Part shown: positions 54,971 to 62,975 of the stretch, piece after piece
Numbering within the stretch: position 1 is the stretch's first letter
Layout: each line of letters begins with the position of its first letter
Virus record (IMG/VR): IMGVR_UViG_3300009161_000047
Location: 1 to 63,449 of that record
Reading direction: 5' to 3' (one strand)
DNA length: 63,449 nucleotides
From: a virus
Taxonomy: Duplodnaviria; Caudoviricetes
Translations under genes and position numbers: made by a program
The notes under the pieces: generated by a model
What the model was told of the DNA's origin: nothing
Database searches by the model: none
What the model saw: the letters and a program-made list of their open reading frames with translations, nothing else

Positions 54971-56149
54971 ATGAAATCTTTTATTGAAGCTGTAAAAATT
55001 GAGTTTCCAGATAAGCAAGTCTTCACCAGACCAGAATTATCTGCTGTTGCTGAGAAATATTCTCTACGAAAATCGTTTACAGAGTTTATGACAAACGATT
55101 CGAATAAGATTCGTCGTGGCCTCTATAAAATAGAGTCAAATGTAGAATTATCCGAATCAATAGTTAACCTGGTTAAATTTAAACCAGCAGAAAAAATCCG
55201 AATCCCACAGTCTCCTCTCTTAGAGAAGAAAACTGAAAATATCGAAAGCATTAATTTGATTCCAGAAAAGGATCCAGAATTTGTTCCTTTCGGTGATTTC
55301 AAGCTACTTAAAAAAGTAGTTTCGTCGAAGACTTTCTTTCCGATCTATATTTCTGGTGAATCTGGAAACGGTAAAACAAAGATGGTTTATGAAGTTTGTG
55401 CTCAATCTAAGAGGGAATTAATCAGAGCCAATATCACCGAATCTACTGATGAAGATGATCTGATTGGTGGATATCGTCTGATTAATGGTGAAACGATTTG
55501 GCAAGATGGACCTGCCGTAGAAGCAATGAATCGTGGGGCGATTCTTCTTTTAGACGAAATTAATTTGGCTTCTCCTAAGATTATGTGTCTACAGCCAATT
55601 CTTGAAGGTAATCCCATTTATATTAAAAAGACCAATGTGCTTGTGCATCCGGTACAGGGTTTCAATATTATTGCAACTGCAAATACAAAAGGAAAGTCTT
55701 CCGATGATGGTCGATATATTGGTTCTAATACTCTTAATGAAGCTCTGCTAGACAGATTTGCAATTAATATTGAACACGAATATCCTTCTAAAGATATTGA
55801 AATTAAGATTCTTACAAATATTCTAGACACACATTCTTCTAAAACGGATAACAATATTGAATATGTAGAAAAATTAGTTGAATGGGCCAAGACTATCCGG
55901 GACACTTTTGACGCTGGTGGAGTCGAAGAAATTATTACCACTCGTAGATTGATTCATATTCTTCGGTTCTTTCTTATTATTGGTGGTAATCGGGTTCGTG
56001 CTATTCGTTATGGAATTTCACGGTTCGACCAAATTACCAAGAAATCTTTCTTATCGCTTTATCAGAAATTAGACGCCAGCGTAGAAGTAGACACCGAGAA
56101 CTTTAAAAGTTCTGAGATTGTGTGGGAAGAAATTCAAGGTGCTCAATAA
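54971..56149 (+). CDS. MoxR/CobS-like AAA+ ATPase
   Basis: Walker A GESGNGKT, 'TDEDDLIGG', Walker B LLLDE, 'ATANTKG...DGRY.G...LNEALLDRF', 'EIITTRRL'. Confidence 0.93.
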   Translation: MKSFIEAVKIEFPDKQVFTRPELSAVAEKYSLRKSFTEFMTNDSNKIRRGLYKIESNVELSESIVNLVKFKPAEKIRIPQSPLLEKKTENIESINLIPEKDPEFVPFGDFKLLKKVVSSKTFFPIYISGESGNGKTKMVYEVCAQSKRELIRANITESTDEDDLIGGYRLINGETIWQDGPAVEAMNRGAILLLDEINLASPKIMCLQPILEGNPIYIKKTNVLVHPVQGFNIIATANTKGKSSDDGRYIGSNTLNEALLDRFAINIEHEYPSKDIEIKILTNILDTHSSKTDNNIEYVEKLVEWAKTIRDTFDAGGVEEIITTRRLIHILRFFLIIGGNRVRAIRYGISRFDQITKKSFLSLYQKLDASVEVDTENFKSSEIVWEEIQGAQ

Positions 56150-56157
56150 TATGCTAC

Positions 56158-56182
56158 TGTCCCATCAGGGACAAACTTTTTT
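56158..56182 (+). terminator. Intrinsic terminator after the AAA gene
   Basis: tgtccc-atca-gggaca followed by a T-run. Confidence 0.6.
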
Positions 56183-56208
56183 ATAAATAATGACTGAGGG
56201 AATTGCTA

Positions 56209-56490
56209 ATGCCATTGTATGATTACCACTGTACTAGAGATGATTGTCAACACTCTTTCGAAAAGAACGTTAAGATGGATGACTGTGATATTCCTTCTAC
56301 CCAACCTTGCCCAGAATGTTCTTCTATTACAATAGTAAAAACAGTTACATCTGCTTATTTTGGTGATCCTGTACGTTTGGGTATCACCAAAGCACCAGCG
56401 GATTTCCAAAAATATGTTTTAGGTAGAATTAAAGAAGCACACCCACTGGGTAATGTCGAACGAACTAGGTCTATTGTAAGAGAAATTTAA
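56209..56490 (+). CDS. FmdB-family zinc ribbon protein
   Basis: 'MPLYDYHC....C.H.FE', 'PCPEC'; late promoter TATAAATA upstream at about 56182. Confidence 0.85.
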   Translation: MPLYDYHCTRDDCQHSFEKNVKMDDCDIPSTQPCPECSSITIVKTVTSAYFGDPVRLGITKAPADFQKYVLGRIKEAHPLGNVERTRSIVREI

Positions 56491-56526
56491 ATCTGTGATA
56501 TTCTTTATTATGAATAAAGGATACTA

Positions 56527-57270
56527 ATGTCAAGAAAACCAAAAACATTCAAAAATAATCTAGAACCAACTATAGATAATTCTTTCTCATTAAAAAGAAT
56601 TACCCCAATGACTGATGCACAACAAGATGCATTTAATGCGTTTGAAGAGCATTATAATTTAGTTCTTTGTGGTTCGGCTGGTACTGGTAAAACTTTTATA
56701 TCATTATATTTGGCTCTATCTGAATTAATGAGAAGAGATCGATCTTCAAAAGATGATCCAAAAAAGATTATGATTGTTAGATCAACAGTTTCTTCTAGAG
56801 ATGTTGGATTTCTGCCAGGGACCTTGAAAGAAAAGATGTCAGTATATGAAGATCCTTATCGTGGAATCTTTGCAGAATTATTTGGTAGAGGAGATGCATT
56901 TGAAATATTGAAAACAAAAGGTATCGTTGAATTTTGTTCTACTTCTTTCTTGCGTGGAACAACTATTAATGACTCTTATATTATCCTAGACGAATTCCAG
57001 AATTGTTCATCTCAGGAATTAGAAACAGTTATAACAAGAGTCGGAAAAAATTCGAAAATATTTTTCTGCGGTGATTGGTCACAGAATGATCTCATTCGCT
57101 CTAAATGGGATGTTTCAGGTTTACCAGTTTTCATGAAGATTATAGAAAAGATGCAAGAATTCGATATTATTGAATTCGGAATTGAAGATATCGTGCGTTC
57201 AGGAATAGTTAAATCTTTCATTATCGCAAAGGCGGAAGTGGAAGACGAGATGTCATCTAATAATAAATAG
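56527..57270 (+). CDS. phoH: PhoH-like ATPase
   Basis: 'GSAGTGKT', 'GFLPG.L.EK', 'SFLRG.T', 'DEFQN', 'TRVG', 'GD..Q.D', 'DIVRSG.VK'. Confidence 0.95.
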   Translation: MSRKPKTFKNNLEPTIDNSFSLKRITPMTDAQQDAFNAFEEHYNLVLCGSAGTGKTFISLYLALSELMRRDRSSKDDPKKIMIVRSTVSSRDVGFLPGTLKEKMSVYEDPYRGIFAELFGRGDAFEILKTKGIVEFCSTSFLRGTTINDSYIILDEFQNCSSQELETVITRVGKNSKIFFCGDWSQNDLIRSKWDVSGLPVFMKIIEKMQEFDIIEFGIEDIVRSGIVKSFIIAKAEVEDEMSSNNK

Positions 57271-57288
57271 GTTATATTTACATAAAAC

Positions 57289-57975
57289 GTGAAGATTTTT
57301 AAACATAATAAAATAGATCTACCTGTATTACAAACCCAAGAGGGCAACGGGAGAAGATATTATATTACCCCTGAAGGTAAGTATTATCCTTCCATCACAA
57401 CTCTCTTGGGTCAAGGTTCTAAAGAATCATTAGAAAATTGGAAGAAATCCATCGGGGAAGGAGCTGCCAAAGTAATATCTGATTACGCATGTTCTCTTGG
57501 TGAAAATCTACATTATGTAGTTGAAAAATATCTAGATAACGATCCGAATTATTTACAGACCGCCACATCACACTCCAAATATATATTCATAGCTCTTCAA
57601 GAAACTCTTGATAGAATCGACAATATCTACACACAAGAAGCTACTTTATATTCAGATACACTCGGTCTGGCTGGCAGAACTGATTGTATTGCAGAATTCG
57701 ACGGTGTCCCGTCTGTTATTGACTTCAAAACATCAAGAAAAGAAAAGAAACAAGAATGGATTACTAATTATTTTGTACAAGGAACTGCTTATTCTTTGAT
57801 GTTTGAAGAGATGACTGGGATTAAAATTCGCCAAATTGTAATCCTTATGGGTACACATGATTCCCAACCTTTAATTTTCACGGTTGACAGAAAGAATTAT
57901 GTGTCAGAATTGACAAAAATTATGGGCAAATATCTTGGAGATTTGAAATATTATGACGTACAAAGAAATTCATGA
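57289..57975 (+). CDS. PD-(D/E)xK exonuclease (Cas4/RecB-like, T4-like core)
   Basis: 'R.Y.TPEG..YPSITT.L', 'QE..LYS....AGR.DCIAEFDG...VIDFKTS', 'YF.Q..AY..MFEE.TG'. Confidence 0.9.
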   Translation: MKIFKHNKIDLPVLQTQEGNGRRYYITPEGKYYPSITTLLGQGSKESLENWKKSIGEGAAKVISDYACSLGENLHYVVEKYLDNDPNYLQTATSHSKYIFIALQETLDRIDNIYTQEATLYSDTLGLAGRTDCIAEFDGVPSVIDFKTSRKEKKQEWITNYFVQGTAYSLMFEEMTGIKIRQIVILMGTHDSQPLIFTVDRKNYVSELTKIMGKYLGDLKYYDVQRNS

Positions 57976-58384
57976 TTTAGCCCAAGTGGAATTGAAAATA
58001 GATAGATTTGCATTAGGTGAAGAAGCAACACGAACTCCTAATATCTTAATGAAATTCTTGGACATCTATCGTACAGAAAAAATAATTCTGCATAAGATGA
58101 ATAGAAAATGCGACGAATTAAAGAAAGACAAGTGGGAATACTACGCCGGAAAATCATCAGATGAAGTTTATCTTGAGAAACCTTTTGATATAAAAGTGCT
58201 CCGACAAGATCTTGACATGTATCTTGCTGCTGATCCAGAATTATCCGAATTAATTTATAATATACAAACACAAAAAGAGAAGATATTTTATTTAGAGAAA
58301 ATCCTTAGAGGAATTGAACAACGAGAATTTTCTATTAAAAATGCGATAACAATGATTCGTTTTGATGCGGGTGAAGTCACTTAA
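57953..58384 (+). CDS. uvsY: Recombination mediator UvsY
   Basis: 'KID...L..E....P....K', 'KWEYY.GK...VY...PFD.KVL..D...YL.AD', 'R.F.IKNAI'. Confidence 0.92.
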   Translation: MTYKEIHDLAQVELKIDRFALGEEATRTPNILMKFLDIYRTEKIILHKMNRKCDELKKDKWEYYAGKSSDEVYLEKPFDIKVLRQDLDMYLAADPELSELIYNIQTQKEKIFYLEKILRGIEQREFSIKNAITMIRFDAGEVT

Positions 58385-58398
58385 TAAAACTGTGTAAA

Positions 58399-58449
58399 TA
58401 TAAATACTAGTGAGGGAATGGTCATTCCCTCTAATCACACACTAGGAAA
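58399..58449 (+). promoter_or_regulatory. Late promoter plus RBS-overlapping hairpin upstream of endonuclease 1
   Basis: TATAAATA, then ctagtg[agggaatg-gt-cattccct]...cactag-gaaa. Confidence 0.6.
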
Positions 58450-58458
58450 ATATTTTAC

Positions 58459-59049
58459 ATGTCTGAATTTTATGTCTATGCATATTTGCGAGAAGATGGC
58501 TCCCCATATTATATCGGGAAAGGACGAGGTAACAGAGCCTGGAGGAAGTCGGGAAGACAAGTTCCTCCACCTACAGATTCTTCTAGAATAGTTATTGTCA
58601 AAGAGACACTTACAGAAACAGAAGCCTTCTCTGAAGAAATGCGACTCATCCAATTGCACGGTCGAAAAGATAATGGAACAGGAATTCTGAGAAATCTGAC
58701 AGATGGTGGAGAAGGAACTTCTGGATGCAAACGTTCTCAAGAAACCAGAGACAAACAATCTGTAGCTATGTCTGGTGAAAATAATCCTATGTTCGGAAAG
58801 TTTGGAGAAAATCATCCTAATTATGGAAGGACTGGTATAAGTCATCCTATGTTTGGACAGCACCACACTCCAGAAGCCAGAGACAAAATGTCTGCAGCTG
58901 CGTCTGGTGAAAATAATCCTATGTTTGGAAGGACAGGTGAAAACAGTCCCAGGTTTAGACAGAAACTATCTCCAGATTCAATAGCCAAAATGATTGCAAC
59001 CATGAAGAGAAATAAAGAAGCTAAGGATCTCACACAGCATCATTTATAA
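58459..59049 (+). mobile_element. Free-standing GIY-YIG homing endonuclease with NUMOD3 repeats, copy 1
   Basis: '[22 protein letters not shown]', '[22 protein letters not shown]', GENNPMFG repeats. Confidence 0.9.
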
Positions 59050-59057
59050 ATATGTAA

Positions 59058-59147
59058 ATGAATGTGACGCTGAAAAATTTTAATGAAACCCATGTAATTG
59101 TTGAAGCAGAACAAGGAATTATCCAGGAGCTGTACGAACTCCTCTGA
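59058..59147 (+). pseudogene. Truncated duplicate of the uvsW 5' end (29 aa)
   Basis: MNVTLKNFNETHVIVEAEQGIIQELYELL*; the first 41 nt are identical to uvsW at 59876; preceded by its own TATAAATA. Confidence 0.85.
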
Positions 59148-59267
59148 GAACAAAATATAACTTATTTTGAAAGTCAAGATCTAGTTTTGTATAAATAATA
59201 GTCGAGAGGAGAATAGTCTTAGAAACTTTCTCCTCTCTAAACACACAAACTACGGAGAGTAGCTTAT

Positions 59268-59867
59268 ATGTCTAAAACTATTTATACAAAAGATCCGAAC
59301 AGATTCTATGTCTATGCTTTTCTAAGAGAAGATGGTTCCCCTTATTATATCGGAAAAGGTACGGGTGCCAGAGCCTGGATCAAGAGACGAAGGTCTTCTC
59401 CACCTGCTGACGTGTCTAGAATATCTATTCTCTTTGAAAATCTGACAGAAACAGAAGCCTTCGATGAAGAAATGAGACTAATAAATTTCTATGGTAGAAA
59501 AGACCTAGGAACAGGAATCCTGAGAAATCTGACAGATGGCGGAGAAGGAGCTTCTGGCTGCATACGATCTCAAGACGCTCGAGACAAAATGTCTGAAGCA
59601 CAGTCTGGAGAAAATCATCCTATGTTTGGAAAGCGCCATACTCAAGACGCCAGAGACAAAATGTCTGCAGCACTGTCTGGAGAAAATCATCCTATGTTTG
59701 GAAAGCGCCATACTCAAGACGCCAGAGACAAAATGTCTGCATCACGGTCTGGAGAAAAGAATCCTATGTATGGAAAGCGTCGATCTCCAGAAACACTAGC
59801 CAAAATGCGTGAAACCATCAAGAGAAATAAAGAAGCTAGGATTCTCAACGAATTAGAAGTTTTATAA
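59268..59867 (+). mobile_element. Free-standing GIY-YIG homing endonuclease with NUMOD3 repeats, copy 2
   Basis: Paralogue of copy 1; 72-bp tandem repeats (about 59569-59780) encoding QDARDKMS...SGENHPMFGKRHT. Confidence 0.9.
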
Positions 59868-59875
59868 ATATTTGA

Positions 59876-61348
59876 ATGAATGTGACGCTGAAAAATTTTA
59901 ATGAAACCCATGTAATCATAGACACCGAGCCAGGCGTTCTGCAAGAGTTGTACGAACTCTTGTCTTTCGAAGTTAAAGGCGCAAAATTCATGCCTATCTA
60001 CAAGAAGAGGCTATGGGATGGATACGCAAGATTATTGAATATCCGAAACAAAACAGTTGGTAAGGGTCTTGCGTATCACATTAAGTCTTATTGCGAAGAC
60101 AATGGATATATTTTCAACCAGGAATTCAGCGACGATGGATTCTCTGAAGAGATAGCAGATGCATTTATTAAATCGAATAAGATTCATTCTGCCGATGGTT
60201 TCGAGATCGAATTGCGTGATTATCAAATAGATTCTATAAAACATGGAATCCGTAACAACAGATCTATTACTGTCTCGGTTACAGGTTCTGGTAAATCTGC
60301 CATAATCGCTTCTCTAATTCGTTTCTATCACGAAAATACAGAAGGAAAGTGTCTTCTTATTTGTCCAACGACTAGTCTTGTTGAACAATTATATTCTGAT
60401 ATAGGTGAATATTTCCCAGACTGGGATCACTCCACTAAAATTACTAGAATCTATTCTGGTATGGAAAGAGAAGACAAAAGAATTATCATAAGCACTTGGC
60501 AAAGTTTATATGATAAACCGACTTCTTATTTTGATGACATCGAAGTTCTCCTTGGCGATGAGTGCCATTTATATTCTGCCAAAGAAGTTTCAAAGTTATT
60601 TGAAAAATGCGTTAATGCTATTTACAGACACGGTTTCACAGGAACATTATCTGGTGAGAAGATTCATCAATTACAGTTAGAAGGAATATTTGGTAAATCA
60701 AGAATTCTTACAACAACTTCAGAGTTAATCAAAAAATCTCAATTATCGGATTTTAAGATTAATGCTCTTGTCCTTTCTTATTCTGATGCTTCCAGGAAAG
60801 CTTCCAAAGATATCACATATGAAGAAGAAGTGAAATTTCTTATTGGTAATGACAAGAGGAATCGGTTCATTGCCAAATTAGCTGCAAGTACGAAAGGAAA
60901 TACTCTCGTGTTATTCTCTAGAGTAGAAACTCATGGAGAACTTATCTATAACCTTATTCAGAAGTATACTGATAGACCAGTTTATTTCGTTTATGGTGGA
61001 ACTGATGTGGATATTCGAGAAGATGTAAGAAAACAAATTAATGATATTAACGATGGAATTATCGTAGCTTCTTCACAGATATTCTCTACAGGAATTAATA
61101 TTCCTTCACTTCAGAATATCATATTCACACATCCTTCGAAATCTAAAATAAGAGTTCTACAATCAATCGGAAGAGTGCTTAGATTATCTGCGAACAAAGT
61201 CGGACCAGCAATTCTGTTCGATATCGTTGACGATCTACAATTTAGGAATAAGAAGAATTTCTCCATGAAACACTTTCTGGAGAGGGCCAAGATTTATGTG
61301 CAAGAGAATTTCAATTACAAAATAATTAATGTAGATTTGGAGAAATAA
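59876..61348 (+). CDS. uvsW: UvsW DNA/RNA helicase
   Basis: 'F.V.GAKFMP.Y...WDG', 'RDYQ', 'TGSGKS', 'PTTSLV.Q', 'DECH', 'TGT', 'FSTGINI', 'LQSIGR.LR'. Confidence 0.96.
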   Translation: MNVTLKNFNETHVIIDTEPGVLQELYELLSFEVKGAKFMPIYKKRLWDGYARLLNIRNKTVGKGLAYHIKSYCEDNGYIFNQEFSDDGFSEEIADAFIKSNKIHSADGFEIELRDYQIDSIKHGIRNNRSITVSVTGSGKSAIIASLIRFYHENTEGKCLLICPTTSLVEQLYSDIGEYFPDWDHSTKITRIYSGMEREDKRIIISTWQSLYDKPTSYFDDIEVLLGDECHLYSAKEVSKLFEKCVNAIYRHGFTGTLSGEKIHQLQLEGIFGKSRILTTTSELIKKSQLSDFKINALVLSYSDASRKASKDITYEEEVKFLIGNDKRNRFIAKLAASTKGNTLVLFSRVETHGELIYNLIQKYTDRPVYFVYGGTDVDIREDVRKQINDINDGIIVASSQIFSTGINIPSLQNIIFTHPSKSKIRVLQSIGRVLRLSANKVGPAILFDIVDDLQFRNKKNFSMKHFLERAKIYVQENFNYKIINVDLEK

Positions 61349-61350
61349 AT

Positions 61351-61557
61351 ATGGAAATAATCAAAATGCCAAAAGCGTCATATGAAAGAATCATTCCGAC
61401 TTCACTAGAAGGAGCGATGACAGAATTAGACAGACGAATTATGATTACTGCGAGAGAAAATCTTGGGCAAGTTCAGGCTCGTGTCATCTTCAGAGAATTG
61501 CTGCAAGATTTCATGCAAGGACTAGAATCCAAGTCCTCGTATATAATTCGTCCGTAA
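61351..61557 (+). CDS. Hypothetical protein
   Basis: 68-aa ORF with GGAG RBS directly after uvsW. Confidence 0.6.
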   Translation: MEIIKMPKASYERIIPTSLEGAMTELDRRIMITARENLGQVQARVIFRELLQDFMQGLESKSSYIIRP

Positions 61558-61593
61558 CAGTAATATCTATTACTTAAAACTGGTACATACCTA

Positions 61594-61622
61594 TTGTAGC
61601 TTAGAAAGTCAAGGTAGTCAAA
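61594..61622 (-). promoter_or_regulatory. Sigma70 promoter pointing antisense into the uvsW region
   Basis: TTGACT-17-TACAAT on the minus strand; overlaps the inverted 43-bp copy of the AAA gene promoter. Confidence 0.55.
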
Positions 61623-61654
61623 TTCTTTTATTTGTTATCTCTTAAACACAGAAT

Positions 61655-61683
61655 TTGACTATTCGTGAAATATATTGTATAAT
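61655..61683 (+). promoter_or_regulatory. Sigma70 promoter, leaderless type, for gp33-gp59
   Basis: TTGACT-17-TATAAT-agttctat-ATG(61692). Confidence 0.8.
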
Positions 61684-61691
61684 AGTTCTAT

Positions 61692-61979
61692 ATGATGTTA
61701 ATAAATATTTCGATGACTGACGAGAACGAGCTATTACCAAGCATAGAAGATATTCTCATTAAACCTGAAGATCTTTTGCGTGATATCAAAGCTCTAGTTT
61801 TGAATAATAGAATGAATTATTTGGAAGCTGTTGTTTATTATTGTCAGAAGAATAATTATGATATTGAAGCTGTTGCAAAGACGATTCCACAATCACTCAG
61901 AACTCTAGTAGAGGACTCTGCAAAGAAGCTGAAATTATTCAAGAAAATCCATAATAATAGCAAATCGTTACCAATCTAG
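61692..61979 (+). CDS. 33: Late transcription coactivator gp33
   Basis: 'I..LV....MNYLEAVV.YC..N..DIE.VAK.I...L...VE..A..L.L' with terminal 'LPI'; synteny 33-59-32. Confidence 0.85.
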   Translation: MMLINISMTDENELLPSIEDILIKPEDLLRDIKALVLNNRMNYLEAVVYYCQKNNYDIEAVAKTIPQSLRTLVEDSAKKLKLFKKIHNNSKSLPI

Positions 61980-61985
61980 ATATCC

Positions 61986-62618
61986 ATGGATATGATCGAA
62001 ACATTTTCTGGATACGATGCATACGTTACTTATCTTGCATTTAAGTTGCATTTTTCGAGTAACACATACGATTTTTTTAAATTTAATGGAAAAACAAAAG
62101 CTAATCCATCATCATTTAATTCTAGAAAAGACAAATATCATTTTGAAAAGATAGCTGCTAAAATATCTAGAGAATCATTTATTGAGAGGATGTTAATCGA
62201 ATATCTAGAAAACTCCAATTTTTGGATTAAGGATATCTTAACAGCAGATAACAAAGCAAGACATCTCGTTTGGAGGGGATATGTGGAAAGTTTTCCATAT
62301 TCTTTCCGCTCAGAATTAGGTAAGATAAAAGAATATTGTCTTCTAAACGAAATAAGTTATGCAGAACTGTTTAAGACAAAGGGAATAACTCACCCTCTAA
62401 TTTTCAAGATGTATATTAGAAAAACGATTCGTCTTGAAACATTTATTTGCATAGATAGTTTGATTAAGATTTCGGATAAGATGTCTTCTCCAGATTCTCC
62501 TCGTGATCCTGTTTGGGATGAAGTTCAAACACTCATGTCTCATTATTTTTCTTTCGTGCAAAAATTTCTACCAGAAAGAAATATACTTAAGAAAATATTT
62601 TTAGAAATTTTCAATTGA
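61986..62618 (+). CDS. 59: Helicase loader gp59
   Basis: 'GYDAY.TYLA.KLHF....YDFFK.NGK......SF..RKDKY.FEK', 'HP.I...Y....I.LET'. Confidence 0.93.
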   Translation: MDMIETFSGYDAYVTYLAFKLHFSSNTYDFFKFNGKTKANPSSFNSRKDKYHFEKIAAKISRESFIERMLIEYLENSNFWIKDILTADNKARHLVWRGYVESFPYSFRSELGKIKEYCLLNEISYAELFKTKGITHPLIFKMYIRKTIRLETFICIDSLIKISDKMSSPDSPRDPVWDEVQTLMSHYFSFVQKFLPERNILKKIFLEIFN

Positions 62619-62659
62619 CATAATAATGAAAATAGGTTATAATAAAATTGAGGTGAAAT

Positions 62660-62971
62660 ATGGATGAAGATGAAGTAATTAATTTTGATCCTGAGGAAGA
62701 GGATGCTCCTGAAGATGAAGAATTCGACAGTGTATTTGACATAGAAGATTTTAATGATGAATCAATTGAAGTTTTAATTGATAATGTTTCTGAATCTATT
62801 AATACTCTTGAAAGTATTATGTTGAACATGTATTATTCGTATCATAGATTGAAAGAAGAAACTGATGAACACATAAATAATTTAGTAACAGAAAATGAGA
62901 ATTATTGTGAAACAATTACCAAGCTCTATCAACAATTAGCAACTATTAGCAACCAAGAAAAAGAGGAATAA
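62660..62971 (+). CDS. Acidic coiled-coil hypothetical protein
   Basis: Very Asp/Glu-rich; GAGGTG RBS and TTGACA...TATAAT promoter upstream. Confidence 0.7.
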   Translation: MDEDEVINFDPEEEDAPEDEEFDSVFDIEDFNDESIEVLIDNVSESINTLESIMLNMYYSYHRLKEETDEHINNLVTENENYCETITKLYQQLATISNQEKEE

Positions 62972-62975
62972 TTAA

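Noticed and set aside
54971-56149. cobS as a cobalamin-synthesis auxiliary metabolic gene
   Set aside because: No cobN or other cob genes; this MoxR-type ATPase with a VWA partner is common in T4-like phages.
57289-57975. Cas4 as part of a CRISPR system
   Set aside because: Stand-alone core exonuclease in the usual phoH-exonuclease-uvsY context; no array or other cas genes.
59058-59876. Group I intron splitting uvsW
   Set aside because: The downstream part restarts with a full duplicate ATG region rather than continuing exon 1, and no intron core elements were seen.
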